Positions 23,565-37,043 of a stretch of 64,000 nt of DNA are shown one piece after another. Numbering within the stretch: position 1 is the stretch's first letter; every line of letters begins with the position of its first letter. Position numbers and translations under genes: made by a program. The notes below the pieces were generated by a model. That model searched no databases. It worked only from the letters and a program-made list of their open reading frames with translations, and was not told the DNA's origin. The stretch is taken from NCBI GenBank assembly GCA_951406725.2, contig OX597815.1, positions 16,554,001-16,618,000 on the forward strand, written 5' to 3'. This stretch comes from Octopus vulgaris. Lineage: Eukaryota.

Positions 23565-23790
23565 CCTTTAACTTTCAGATTACTTTATCAAGTGTAATGT
23601 TTATTCATTCACATTATTTTGAATTAATCATGAATTATCGTGTAGTTTCAAGATTTCAATGATGTGATTGTTTATCTTTATAATTGGCATTTTAGCAGAG
23701 GTATGAGGTCAGATCCGGCCAGTCTGAACATAAAAGAGGTATAATATTTCAGCTAGATACGTTTGATTTAAATGCTAAAGTTTTAATTAA
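23565..23790. mobile_element. Degenerate piggyBac-like MITE, same family as 3566-3782, opposite orientation
   Basis: ttattcattcacattattttgaattaatcatg..gtcagatccggccagtctgaacataaaa is the reverse complement of the 3566 element. Confidence 0.55.
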
Positions 23791-23911
23791 ATATGAACAT
23801 TTAAAACAACCAGTATTTAAAAGGTTAAATAATGAGAAAGTCTAAGTTATAACTACAATCAAAGAATTTCCATCAAGAATGAAATAACAGAATAAGCAGA
23901 GATAACTTTAA

Positions 23912-24570
23912 GGACTGTTGCTAAAATTGCCAAGAAGGCTGAGGGTGTCTTGGCATCATTCACCAAGTCCTTTGTGAGCCGCTCTCCGGCTATCTATATA
24001 GCTATGGTGCGACCTCACCTGGAATTTACATCACCAGTCTGGAACCCCTATCTTGCCCAGGATATTAATCGTCTGGAAGCCATTCCGCAATGTGCAACCA
24101 AGAGAATACCCTCCATCAGGCATTTGCCCTATTCTGAATGCCTTACTTCCCTAGGCATGGATACATTGAAACTCCGACGTCTGGCAGCTGACTTGGTAGA
24201 CACCCATAAAATTATTAACCATCTTACAAACAATAACTCTGAGCACCTTTTCAAACTCCACCTGTCTAACACCCGTGGACATGTTTTCAAAGTCAGAAAA
24301 CAGCACAGCTCCCATGACTTTCAGAAACATTTTTTCACACTAAGAGTTGCTGAAGCATGAAACAAACTGCTGGCATCAGTTGTTAGTTGTCGGAGCACTG
24401 CATCTTTCAAAACTTCCATGCTTCCTGAGATTCGCCAACACTACACCTGATTTTCTCCTCTCCATACACACGCAAACATGTATCTGAATCATACATTGTT
24501 CGCTTTCCAGACATTTGTACATTACTGCATACGCTTTATACGCACTTTTGACAAGTTGTGGTGCACTTCA
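23912..24570 (+). mobile_element. CR1-clade LINE 3' fragment
   Basis: YIAMVRPHLEFTSPVWNPY..LKLRRLAADL..RGH..HFFTLRV is a typical CR1 ORF2 C-terminus. Confidence 0.88.
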
Positions 24571-25951
24571 TTAATATTATATATAATTCAAAGTCAATGA
24601 AAATGCAAACTAAATAATTAAAATTACAAACTGGGGGGGGGGGGCAAAGGAGCAAAACACAAGGGAATCTCTATGTTGAAATAATAGCCAAATTCCCCCC
24701 AGATCACATTCTGCTGTCTAGAAAAGGAGGGAAAAAGAAAATTAGATTGCATGTGTAATCCTAAAGATTCAATGTCTTAAAATAAAAAAAAAAACACAGG
24801 TGAGGGGTCAACTGAAATGCCTGTTCAATCTGAACTGACCTGGAGCTAAACAACTGAAGAAAAACAATAAGAAGGCAGATTAAGAAAGGTCACAAATATA
24901 CACGGATGCAGGAGGATGGACACACACACACACAAACATACATACATGGAGTAGATTACTAATGCTAATGAAGAGGTCATCTAAACCAAAAGTGTATCAC
25001 TGAGCTAAAAATAGAGATGAGATCAACAAAATGTATTTAATCTGATTGACAGCAGTTACTGTAATAATTAATAACCAATTAAAAATGTTACTCTCTTCTG
25101 TTTTCCCCTCTTCAAGGCTGGTTGCTCTCCTATCGGCCCAACTACAGTATCACACCTGGTTGTTTAGCTAACTACTTACTTAGGACTACACAACAACAAC
25201 AACATCACACACGTCTATGCTGATGATACAAATATACGTGCTTCTTCTTCCTTATCTGAATAAGTTCTACCAAGCCTGTAGTTCTTCATGAATAGAGCAA
25301 TCATCCTTCAATAGTGGCTCTTTACAAATTAAGTAGCATATGGTCAACACACAGCTCAAATCAGAAATTCTAGGAAATCTCTCTCTTCACATATACATGC
25401 AGTGCCCAATCAGGACTTCAGTTGTGATGGCTAAAATGAACTTAGGAGCTTAAGAAACACATTCTGGACAGCATCCAACAAACGCCTTTCTGCTTTATAG
25501 ACAAACTTACATTCATTAATATTCAGGTGTCTGTGTGTGTGTGTGTATGAGAGAGAGAGAGAATAAACAGCCTCTGTCTCTCTCTGCACTTTCACATAAC
25601 CCCACCAATGGAATCCCTCACAGCTTTCTGTTATTCTTCAGCAGGTTAAACAGTTTACTCAATCATCCTCTGGAACCCCTCCTTGTACACAGCTGTCTGC
25701 AATCACTTGGATATATGTCAGCCTTCCTCTTCTGACTAAAGTGAGAAGGACTGGCAATAGAATACAATTTAATAATAAATAAGAATTTCTAAGAGGCATA
25801 AAAACCAATAGATTTTTGGGAAGGAACAGTTGATTAAATCCCAGTATGTGATTGGCACTAATGGCCTCCAAAAGGACGAAAGAACCTAACTCTAGGAGGA
25901 TCTGGACTCACAAGATAACCTAAGAGCACAAAGCATTTTATCTGCCATTAT

Positions 25952-26199
25952 TCTGGTGGCACGTAAAAAGCACCATCCGATCGTGGCCGTTTGCCAGCCT
26001 TGCCTGGCACCTGTGCTGGTGGCATGTAAAAAGCACCCACTACACTCACGGAGTGGTTGGCGTTAGGAAGGGCATCCAGTTGTAGAAACACTGCCAGATC
26101 AGACTGGGCCTGGTGCAGCCTTCTGGCTTCCCAGATCCCAGTTAAGCCGTCCAACCCATGCTAGCATGGAAAGCGGATGTTAAACGATGATGATGATGA
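25952..26199 (+). mobile_element. RTE-associated 3'-UTR/SINE-like repeat with a (GAT)n tail
   Basis: aaaagcacccactacactc..ggaagggcatccag..aacccatgctagcatggaaagcgga..(gat)n; many copies in the window. Confidence 0.8.
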
Positions 26200-26840
26200 T
26201 TCTGCCATTCTACTGCCCTCCAAACAGGTAACAATCAAACTACAAATAAGTGCAAGGTTTATATTATAAAGTATCAAGTGTCTTCCAAATCACTTAAAGT
26301 GAACTACCAAAACATGCCAAAATATATTATTTAAAAACTTGTCCTTCTGCTGCTCATGGTTGTGTCAAAATTTTACAATTTCGCCCTTTTTTTTTTTTCT
26401 GGCAAGTTAGAAAGTGTAAAATTTATTCCAAAATACTAACTTCCATCCTCTAAATAATAAAGATCATTTAAGAGATTCTCTACTTGTTACAACAGATTGT
26501 TTTCAACTATGTACAAAATTAAACATAACATCTATAGACACAATATGCTCACAGACAGACAAAAATAGTTTATCTTCTTGCTAAAGCTACACAGGAAATT
26601 TACTAATACTTGTGAAAGGGGTTACTTACTACTCTTGCTAAAGTCAAAAATATCACCATGCATGTACATAAATACAGAACATTACTATTATAAGAAGGCT
26701 ACAAAATAAAATGTGTACTACACTGGCTGTTCATCAGATTAACAAATCACTAAATGTGATCTTAGGAAAAGTTATGCAGAACAAAATACAGCAAATGATA
26801 AACACGTTAATATATATATATATGTGTGTGTGTATGAGAG

Positions 26841-27143
26841 TGGAGGCGCAATGGCCTAGTGGCTAGGGCAACGGACTCGTGGTCGGAGGATCGTGGTTTC
26901 GATTCCCAGACTGGGCATTGTGTGTGTTTATTGAGCGAAAACATCTAAAGCTCTACGAGGCTCCGGCAGGGGTGGTGGCGACCCCTGTTGTACTCTTTCG
27001 CCCCAACTTTCTCTCACTCTCTCTTCTTGTTTCTTGAGTAACGCTGCGATGGACTGGCGTCCCGTCCAGCTGGGGAGAACACATACACCACAGAAACCGG
27101 GAAACTGGGCCAATTAGCCTGGCTAGGCTTCAAAAGGGCGCAT
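26841..27143 (+). mobile_element. SINE family B with an alternative 3' tail
   Basis: Same tRNA-like head as 31408, but the tail is gctgcgatggactggcgtcccgtccag...aaaagggcgcat. Confidence 0.82.
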
Positions 27144-27159
27144 AAATAATAAAATATAT

Positions 27160-27323
27160 TACGTAAAAGCACCCACTACACTCATGGAGTGGTTGGCATT
27201 AGGAAGGGCATCCAGCCATAGAAACATTGCCAGATCAAACTGGGCCTGGTGCAGCCTTCTGGCTTCCCAGACCCCAGTTGAACCATCCAGCATGGAAAGC
27301 GGATGCTAAACGATGATGATGAT
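27160..27323 (+). mobile_element. RTE-associated 3' repeat, (GAT)n tail
   Basis: Same family as 25952-26199. Confidence 0.75.
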
Positions 27324-27641
27324 GAAATATTCGTGTATAATACACACTTGAATACTGTGTTCACTTCTATTTTTGGCATTGAAACCTTGGAAAAAAAGTA
27401 CCTTCTGTGTATAGTATGTACCAACATTTCTTCAACAGCATGATGAATTGTAAAAGGTGTTTGTTCAGATTAATTATAACTGCTCTCTAAAATGCACTGA
27501 ATAAAATCCATGTACCCTAACAAAACATGAAGCCAACTCAGCAGTGAGCCTTCGAATTTATGGACAAACACATGTAATTACTGCCATCAACCTTCTGTAT
27601 ACAAGGATATAAAAGACATGTAGAATGTAAACACTATCATT

Positions 27642-28002
27642 ATAGTCATTGTATTCGCCATTGAGAATTCATGGAAGACTTCGCCTGTCTCTGTGGCCCC
27701 TTCCATCTGTCCTTCTGCAAAGGTGCTTGAGGTGGTTTGGCCATGCATGTAGGCGTCCGGTGGGTGAACTGAGCCGCGATGTCCTTCTCCCAACTCCACT
27801 TCCCAACTGGTGGAAGCGCGCAGGCGGGCAGCTGAAAACCTGGGTTACGACAATCAAGGAGGACCTCTCCATGCTCACAGGACCGCAGGTGGTCGGCCTG
27901 CGCCGATGGAACCGTGACTGGGCTGCCATGGTTTGAGATGCCTCGAGGGTGGTGGAAGAAGCCGACTCAACCCGCCCAGGGTGAATGTCGCCACAAATAC
28001 AA
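27642..28002 (+). mobile_element. 5'-truncated RTE-clade LINE, second family
   Basis: RCLRWFGHACRRP..KRAGGQLKTW peptide; 15-bp TSD gtaaacactatcatt (27627-41, 28003-17). Confidence 0.88.
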
Positions 28003-28166
28003 GTAAACACTATCATTGTGTCTTTCTTTCAATGCTTTGTAATCAAATACTTTCATTCTTTCAAAAGAAACATTTCTAGTGACAATTTATTGTAATAATT
28101 GCAATATGACATGAATAGAAGTACTATTTCTTTCGGTTTATGTGCATATTTTGAAAATGACAGTAT

Positions 28167-28516
28167 CCGTTGCCGGGTCATAGTGCTAGTGCATGCATAT
28201 ACAGCTGCGTGCGTGTGCACTTACACGCGAGTACTGTCCAAATCTCTGACCAATCACATACAGCTAGCTGGCATTCAATTGGCGTGTCAAGTTTCGGGCA
28301 TTTTGATTGGGTTTTGGATAGAAAATTCACAAAAAAGTCACTTCTATTGATTTTTTTAATGGCTTTGCTGGGGTGACTGGGGAAATGTAAAGATGTGCAT
28401 GACCACCCTTGGACAGTTTTGAATGACCATAGAAAGTGCGAGCCCTCTAACTGAAAAATTGTGGATTTGTATAAAGGACACACACACAGACATTTTGCCG
28501 GTCATATATAGAGAGA
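28167..28516 (-). mobile_element. Non-autonomous Helitron family 2, 3'-truncated
   Basis: Near-identical to 38623-38976; 5' TCTCTCTATATAT on the minus strand; only half of the terminal hairpin remains. Confidence 0.8.
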
Positions 28517-28934
28517 TTCTTCAAAATTAAATAATCTATTTACATTCTAATTGAAGTATCAAGAAAAAAACAAAAAAAAACAGAAGTATTTCATTTTATG
28601 TTTGTATCTAGAAAACAAAACCTTTTTTTATGTGAGTGAAAGTAATACATTCAGCCCCCACCACCACCACCACCACACAATGTCCACTGAAATAATTCTA
28701 CAGGGCCTGCTTTACTAGTTGTACAGAACATTTAGTGTATTATTACCATCACAGAAAAAATGTAACATTATTACAGTAATTTCAACTGTTCATTGCACAC
28801 TAGTTAACTTACTTCTGACCATGCCATCTTGGACAAGTCAGTGCTCTGAACAGGGAAAACTCAGGAACATATAGTTATACATGCACCCTTATGTTAGGTT
28901 TAAAAAATATTTTAATTCATATTATACACCAAAT

Positions 28935-29480
28935 TCGATGACTGGCATCCGTGCTAGCAGGGTGCAAAGAGCACCATACGAGTGTGATCATTTGACAGAG
29001 CGGCTAACCGGCTTCCATGCCAGTGGCACATAAAAGGGCACCATTCAAGTGTGATTGTTACCAGCGTCGCCTTACTGGCACCTGTGCCCGTGCTAGTAGG
29101 GTGCCAAGAGCACCATCCAAGCGTGATCGCTGCCAGAGCAGCCAACTGGCTTCTGTGCCGGTAGCACGTAAAACGGCACCATTCGAGCGCGATTGTTACC
29201 AACGTCCCCATACTGGCACCTGTGCCGGTGGCATGTGTAAAAAGATTCGAGTGAGGTCATCGCCAGTACTACCTGACTGGCCACCGTGCCGGTGGCACGT
29301 AAAAAGCACCCACTACACTCTCAGAATGGTTGGCGTTGGGAAGGGCATCCAGCTGTAGAAACACTGCCAGATCAAGATTGGAGTCTGGTGCAGCCATCTG
29401 GTTCGCCAGCCCTCAGTCAAAATCGTCCAACCCATGCTAGCATGGAAAGCGGACGTTAAACGATGATGATGATGATGATG
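28935..29480 (+). mobile_element. RTE-associated 3' repeat with internal subrepeats, (GAT)n tail
   Basis: Repeated tgccggtggcacgtaaaa..gcacc modules followed by the common 3' end. Confidence 0.8.
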
Positions 29481-30515
29481 AAAGAGGCAAGTGGGTATGA
29501 ATCTTGTACTGAAAGCAATGTAAGTGCAGTGTGGACAAATTGGTTAAGAAGTTCACGTCATATCTGCAAGGTTCAATTCAGTTTGTAATATGTTGGAAAA
29601 ATGTTATTTCTCTAACCTTGGTTGACCCACATCTGGTTAGCGAAAGTGACTACATGGAAACTGTATAGAAGCCTGTAGTAGAGATTGTCCCTGTAATTCA
29701 AAACTTACAGCCCTGTCACCGTCACATGTTATTCATCTAATCAAATACATGGATCCTCATCACTGAACAATGGACATCAACCATACCTACATATAGCTTT
29801 AAATACAGGATCCACACCTTTTTGCATCCTTAGTTTCCAAAAATTTGGACTAGCTCATATTAGTTATCTCCCTTACCTACACACACACACACACACACAC
29901 ACTCGTTTCACATCGGTTTTAGCAGGCAAGCATGGGCTACACGAATACACATTACTGAGGGATCGTTTTACAGCTGTCTTGGTCATTAACCCTTCACATC
30001 TTCTGGTCACTAACCTTCGCTTACTTTTCCAGTAAGAGATTTTTCTTTTCATTCTTCTTTAAATACACACATCTAGTAGACGATTTTGTTGAAAACGAAC
30101 GTCAACAAACACCAGTGCTTTCCCACGTGAAGGACAAAATGTAAACATTGATATTCACACACACACATACCTACACGACAGGCTTCTGCCTACCAGCCAA
30201 GGGCTATATAGGAAGACATCTACCTAAGGTGCCATGTGGCAGGACTAAAACGCAAGACCAAAACCACATGGCTGAGAACCACATAGCCACGTCTGGTTCC
30301 ACACAACTTAAAAAATCCTTATTCCCGTAGCTCATTAGTGTGATGTGCATTGAAGTATAGACATGTAGTAATACATTTAATTAACGTTCTGATCACCATT
30401 TTATGTCCCCTTTTCAAGATGACATGGGTTAGAGTTGGGGGTTAGATGGGTCATAATTATCTAAGCCAGTTCTTATCTGGAACTACTGCCTTCCTGGACA
30501 CATCAGAAGGACTAT

Positions 30516-30608
30516 ATCATCATCATCGTTTAACGTCCGTTTTCCATGCTAGCATGGGTTGGACGGTTCAACTGGGGTCTGGGGAGCCAGTAGGCTGCAC
30601 CAGGCCTC
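30516..30608 (-). mobile_element. RTE-associated 3' repeat fragment
   Basis: (atc)n gtttaacgtccgttttccatgctagcatgggttgg. Confidence 0.7.
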
Positions 30609-30952
30609 ACTTGTAAATTTTATTTTGTCATGGTTTTATGGCTGGGTTATCTTCCTAATCCCAATAACTTTACAAGGCGTACTAGCGCTACATTTTATCA
30701 GTGTTATAGCCTAAAGAAGACCGGAAACTAAACGGAAAAAACAAAGCCAACAACCTGTGGTTGAAAATTGAAACGATTTTGTTTTAAAACAGTAACGTAG
30801 AAGTGAACTTGTGTTGGTCACCTTTAATAGTCCTGACCACATACATGCAAGCAAAATGTAGGTAATACTACAACTTTAGTATAACAACAATATCACAGAT
30901 TAGATAGAGAAATATTGCGTGCAGATGTTGATTAAATACATTTACATGTTAA

Positions 30953-31174
30953 CCCTTTTGATAGCAACCTGCCTGAAACCGCCCCTGGCTCTGTAGTACA
31001 AATGTCCTGTTTTCAAAAGTTCTGAATTAAAATCTTCCACGAAACCTTAGTCACAATTTATATTCCTAATACTAGCTTAATGATAACTAAGTTATTTTAT
31101 TAAATTCTTTGTTATATTTAAAATTAATGGAAAGAAACACAGAGCATCTCAACAGAAATAAGGTAATAAAAGGG
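30953..31174. mobile_element. piggyBac-like MITE family 2
   Basis: TTAA-ccctttt...aaaaggg-TTAA, ~220 bp; paralogues at 32929, 35728 and 52669. Confidence 0.88.
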
Positions 31175-31407
31175 TTAATAGAATGTAACAAATATACATT
31201 AAGATATTTGAATAAGGTATTGTATACAACCTGAATCTCTTAAACGGCACAAAATCTATCAAATCATTAAACATGGGAACTCTTTAGTTCCAAACATACC
31301 ATTCCAAGAGAAACATTGGCACAAATGAAATATAAAAGACCTAAGAAACGAAAATACATAAGCTTCAACATCGTGACAATTTAAAACCATTGACACTATA
31401 TCAAATA

Positions 31408-31780
31408 TGGAGGCGCAATGGCCCAGTAGTTAGGGCAGCGGACTCGCGGTTTCGATTCCCAGACCGGGCGTTGTGAGTGTTTATTGAGCGAAAACACCTA
31501 AAAGCTCCACGAGGCTCCGGCAGGGATGGTGGTGGTCCCTGCTGTACTCTTTCACCACAAACTTTCTCTCACTCTTACTTCCTGTTTCTGTTGTACCTGT
31601 ATTTCAAAGGACCGGCCTTGTCACTCTCTGTGTCACGCTGAATATCCCCGAGAACTACGTTAAGGGTTACACGTGTCTGTGGAGTGCTCAGCCACTTGCA
31701 CGTTAATTTCACGAGCAGGCTGTTCCGTTGATTCGGATCAACCGGAACCCTCGTCGTCGTAACCGACGGAGTGCTTCCAC
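31408..31780 (+). mobile_element. SINE family B, full length
   Basis: Reverse complement of 5439-5825. Confidence 0.88.
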
Positions 31781-32126
31781 ATATTAAACATTTAAGTTTT
31801 TCATGTGAAAGATAGAATTATCTCCCTTCTAATACGTCGAGTGATATCAGAGATTATAAATGAATCAAATAAATTACTTCAACATCAGAGGAATAAATTG
31901 ACGTTTGAGGACACGACATTTAGTGCTGCCTTATCTGACTGAACGTTGTTGTTTGGAGTCACAGTCTAACCTATTGAAGACTACATTTTAAATGTTTAAG
32001 TTCCGTAACTCACTCAAAAGTAATTATTTATTCTTTTATTCTTATTCCTCTTGGTGTGGTTATAAATAAATGGTAGAGTACTCAACTAAATTTTTCAGGA
32101 TAAATTAGTTGTCTTTCTTCTCTATA

Positions 32127-32521
32127 CTCTTTTACTTGTTTCAGTCATTTGACTGCGGGGCCATGCTGGAGCACCGCCTTTAGTCGAGCAAATCGACCCC
32201 GGGACTTATTCTTCGTAAGCCCAGTACTTATTCTATCGGTCTCTTTTGCCGAACCGCTAAGTTACGGGGACGTAAACACACCAGCATCGGTTGTCAAGCG
32301 ATGTTGGGGGGGGGGGCAAACACAGACACACAAACATATAAACATACACACATATATACGACAGGCTTCTTTCAGTTTCCGTCTACCAAATCCACTCACA
32401 AGGCTTTGGACGGCCCGAGGCTATAGTAGAAGACACTTGCCCAAGATGCCATGCAGTGGGACTGAACCCGGAACCATGTGGTTGGTAAACAAGCTACTTA
32501 CCACACAGCCACTCCTACGGC
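32127..32521 (-). mobile_element. SINE family A, full length
   Basis: Colinear with 7218-7602. Confidence 0.88.
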
Positions 32522-32928
32522 TATATTCTTTTTTTTTTAAATCCAGAAGTTAAATTATTTTATCATTCCCAGGTTGATACAATAAGCTCCTGTGGTGTAT
32601 TGAAGTTAATTAAATCAAACACAGCACACTTTTTTACAAACCCCTAACCCACCCCACCACAGTAAGAAATCATTAAGAATGCAGTAATGACAATAAATAA
32701 AAAAGGGATGAAAGGAGTTCACAAACAAAACTTTTTTGAAAATATTAGGAGAAAGTATAATCAATTAAAGTGACCCTCATACTTGGGAGTTACTTATTTC
32801 AAAGGAATAAAAGGCAAAGTTAACAGCAGGTTAAATTACCACCATCCTTTACCAACATGATCGCCATATATCCACAATGCGAGGACAGCCTATCATGGTC
32901 TGTGTCACCACTAATTCAGAGTTATTAA

Positions 32929-33149
32929 CCCTTTCGTTACCAACCCGGCCAAAACCGGCTCTGGCTTTGTAGTACAAATGTCTTGTTTTCATAAGATTTG
33001 CATCAAAATATACCACCAAACCTTAGTCACAATTTATGTTCCTAATACTAGCTAAATGATAACTAAGTTATTTTACTAAATTCTTTTCTATATTTAAAAT
33101 AATTGAAAGAAACACAGAGCATCTCAAAATAAACACAGTAACGAAAGGG
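32929..33149. mobile_element. piggyBac-like MITE family 2
   Basis: Perfect 12-bp TIR ccctttcgttac/gtaacgaaaggg; left TTAA present. Confidence 0.85.
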
Positions 33150-33591
33150 TTCTCTAGTAGTGCGTGTTTAATCATGGCACCAGCACTAAAGAGTGTAATC
33201 AAATGCAACATTTTGTCCAATGTTCTACCGATTCTAAAAACTGTCCTCAACATTCGAAATATTAAATACAGTAAGGACAATCTTGAGCACATATCTCTAG
33301 TGATTTTTTTAAAGCCTTATTCTTATTGCTAACGTTTATTGAACCCTGTTATCATATTTCATGTCCATTCTTGCAACATAGCAAAGACTGTATCACAAAG
33401 GCTAGCCTTACTTTCCTGAGCTAGAAAACACTTCAACTCCAAAGAACGACTAATCCTTTTCGGAGTTCAGGTGAAAATCACAACTGAGTAATTGTTTCCA
33501 CTCCTGTTGAGACCGGGTTACTGCTACACATATACATAGCTTGTATTGAAAGAAACGCCACCTGGCTGATTGGTATGAAGTCACAACAATA

Positions 33592-34298
33592 TTCTTTTCT
33601 ACTCTAAGCACAAGGACCAAAATTTGGGGGGAGGGGGGGTAATCGATTAAATAGACCTCAGTATGCAACTGGTACTTAATTTATTGATCCTGGAAGGATG
33701 AAAGCAAAGTCCACCTTGGCAGAATTTGAACTCAGAACGTAAAGACAGATGAAATACCTATTTCTTTACTACCCACAAGAGGCTAAACACAGAGAGGACG
33801 AACAAGGACAGACGCACGGATTAAGTCAATTATATCGACCCCAGTGTGTAACTGTTACTTAATTTATTGACCTTGGCAGAATTTGAACTCAGAACATAAA
33901 GACAGATGAAATACCTATTTCTTTACTACCCACAAGAGGCTAAACACAGAGAGGACGAACAAGGACAGACGCACGGATTAAGTCAATTATATCGACCCCA
34001 GTGTGTAACTGGTACTTAATTTATTGACCTTGGCAGAATTTGAACTCAGAACGTAAAGACAGATGAAATACCTATTTCTTTACTACCCACAAGGGGCTAA
34101 ACACAGAGAGGACAAACAAGGACAGACAAACAGATTAAGTCGATTACATCGACCCCAGTGCATAACTGGTATTTATTTAATCGACCCCAAAAGGATGAAA
34201 GGCAAAGTCGACCTCAGCGGAATTTGAACTCAGAACGTAAAGACAGATGAAATACTGCAAAGCATTTCACCCAGCATGCTAACGATTCTACCAGCTCT
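33592..34298 (-). repeat. Tandem array of SINE family D bodies
   Basis: (a/g)gaatttgaactcagaac recurs at 33721, 33878, 34035 and 34219 (periods 157, 157, 184); single head near 34298. Confidence 0.88.
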
Positions 34299-35127
34299 GC
34301 CTATGACACCATCTACTTTCTTCACTTCTTAAGCAATAATAACGACTCATACATTATCGGTAATTTCAGAGTTGCTTTATCACACTGTCACATTCTCACA
34401 GATGATTCAGTCTTATTTTTTTTTGGATGGAGCGAAAGCCCTGTTACCAACATGGGATGGCACTTTTCCAAACTTCTTTCAAGATAACAAATTTTAGCTA
34501 TCACTGCAAAACTATTACACAACTATTTGGAATGAAGCATTTGAACAGTCCTTAGAACTCACAAAGTTAATAATTTGTTGCTAGCTACTCTAGTACATCT
34601 AGTTGTATGCAAAATTCTGGTCCTTGTTTAGTCTGCTAAGAGATCCTGTTGTACCATCTGTATTCACATTGTTCTTTAACAACACACTTCAGTTTTTTTC
34701 TATCCAAGCCACTTTTCTAAATGGTGTATTGACTCAAGCTGACCCAGTTACTAACTGGTATTTACATATTTTCAGGTCTTTTAACTCAAATCCACTCTTC
34801 TAAATGCCAAATCTAAGTTGAAATTGAAAGAAGGTGGCCAAGAAACACATACGACTTATATATTAAATTTGTTATCCATTCTTAACCAAAATTTAGCTTC
34901 ATATACATCCCTGAATAGTTACTATAAATAATTCATTAGCATTTAGATTTCTCATTGATTATCAGATTACAGAGCATGGAACTGTTAAAAACTTTCTCTG
35001 GGTTGACAAATGTAACTTAATAGTGTAGATGATGAAAGAGATACACACACAAACATATCATCTATGGTTCACTACTTGAACAGTTATTTGCCCAAACCAA
35101 CTTTGTTCACCTAACAATTGAAATTTC

Positions 35128-35547
35128 GGATCTTTTCGGTTTGACTGGCAGTTTTTTCTAGCTGTGTCATATGAAATTGTCACCCATAATTATGACCCTA
35201 GTATCGATCTATTGCATTTCAATCTGTTTTAGGGTTAGAGTTAGGAGTGGGGGAAAGGGTATCTTTTTTTCTTCAGAAATGTAAATAAACCCAATCTGTT
35301 TCTTAAACGAGGGACATATTCATACGGCACAGAATGCTTTTTAACTCAATAGACGTCACTGATTGATTGAAATTGCAGAAATTGAAGAAAAAAAAAACAA
35401 CAAATATCTTACAAACTATAGAATTTTCTCAATAAAGCCAAGAGAAAAAGATGTTTTATAAAGACATTCTACCAGTATACGAAGTTTAAAAGTGTTTAGT
35501 TACGTGGAAATTATTTTAAAAAACTGCCATTCAAACCGAAAAGATCC
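35128..35547. mobile_element. Non-autonomous DNA transposon with ~30-bp TIRs and an 8-bp TSD
   Basis: ggatcttttcggtttgactggcagtttttt / aaaaaactgccattcaaaccgaaaagatcc; TSD gaaatttc; internal ttagggttagagttagg. Superfamily uncertain. Confidence 0.85.
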
Positions 35548-35727
35548 GAAATTTCTAACAAATGCATACAAGTCAATCTATTATTTACGGAATCTTCATC
35601 TTTGCCATTGTTGCTTAGCCACATATCAACCATTCTGAACAGTATGGTGAAAGGTATTCTAGCTACAACAAGCCATTTATTTAGAAGTATCCACAATAAT
35701 ACTCTCTAATGTGCTCTAATCATTTAA

Positions 35728-35947
35728 CCCTTTCATTACCAACCTGGCCAAAACCGCCACTGGCTCTCTAGTACAAATGTCTTGTTTTCTTAAGTTTTGA
35801 ATTAAAATCTTCCACCAAACCTTAGTCACAATTTATGTTCCTATCACTAGCTTAATGGTAACTAATTTATTTTACTAAATTCTCTGTTATATTTAAAACA
35901 ATTGAAAGAAACACAGAGCATCTCAAAACAAATACAGTAATAAAGGG
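35728..35947. mobile_element. piggyBac-like MITE family 2
   Basis: TTAA-cccttt...aaaggg-TTAA. Confidence 0.88.
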
Positions 35948-36729
35948 TTAAGACTCTAAAAACTAACTACAATGTAATTTTGCTGCCTATTTCTAGCAAG
36001 TGGAGTGACTGCATGAGTGTTCCCTCATTATGTTTTTAATATCTGCTACCTCATTAATTTCCACTGACAGCATTCAGCAGAGCCTGATTAGCTAAGTGAA
36101 CAGCTACTGTAATAACAATCAAACCTGATACATACAGCATCTCAGAAATTATCTCTCAACATGCAGTATCTTTTGTTTGTACACTTTTAATTGCCCTATA
36201 ATCTAATCTTTATACTGTTGTCATTTAGCCCTAGGCTTGTCCAGAATAAGCAGACCTATGATCAATGAGGTTCCAGCCATGCCCTTCTCCCTGTTTTTAC
36301 TTTGTATGTCAAAAACTACATCGTTCAATGTATCTATGCCTTTAATTTTCTCAACAAGACAAGATAAGGTGTTGTTTCTAGTAGATCAACTTAGCCAGTA
36401 GAAGTTTTTGTTAGTTTGATGTGTCCTTCTTGAAGATAGCAAGATGTGGTTTACAGACTTGGCTGTTATTTCTAGGAGATTGTGTGACCATAGAGATATA
36501 CTCTTGTTGACCTGACCTAATCTCTCTATCAATTCCCTCTGATATTCTGCTAACAACTTCTAATTCCTAAATAGTTTGCATATTCTAGCAACACTTCCAC
36601 GTCTATTTCTTACCAGTGTCAATGAAGGCGATCATTTTCCTAAATAACACTTTAACTCACAAATTCTTTCCCGTATCTAGACAAATGGGGCTGAATTTGC
36701 TCTAAATTTACTGTACATAGTTTTAATAA

Positions 36730-37043
36730 AGACTGGCCCCCGTGCTGTGACACGCAAAAGGGCACCATTCGAGCATGATCGTTACTAACATCGCCTTACT
36801 GGCACCTGTACCGGTGGCATGTGTAAAAGGATTCGAACGAGGTTATTGCTAGTACCACCTGACTGGCACTTTAAAAGCACCCACTACACTCTCAGAGTGG
36901 TTGGCGTTAGGAAGGGCACCCAGCTGTAGAAACTCTGCCAGATCAAGATTGGAGCCTGGTGCAGCCATCTGGTTCGCCAGCCCTCAGTCAAAATCGTCCA
37001 ACCCATGCTAGCATGGAAAGCGGACGTTAAACGATGATGATGA
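36730..37043 (+). mobile_element. RTE-associated 3' repeat, (GAT)n tail
   Basis: Near-identical to 29160-29480. Confidence 0.8.

Noticed and set aside
31408-31480. tRNA gene (also the heads of other SINE copies)
   Set aside because: A/B-box-like heads continue into SINE bodies, have no complete cloverleaf, and are multi-copy with TSDs.
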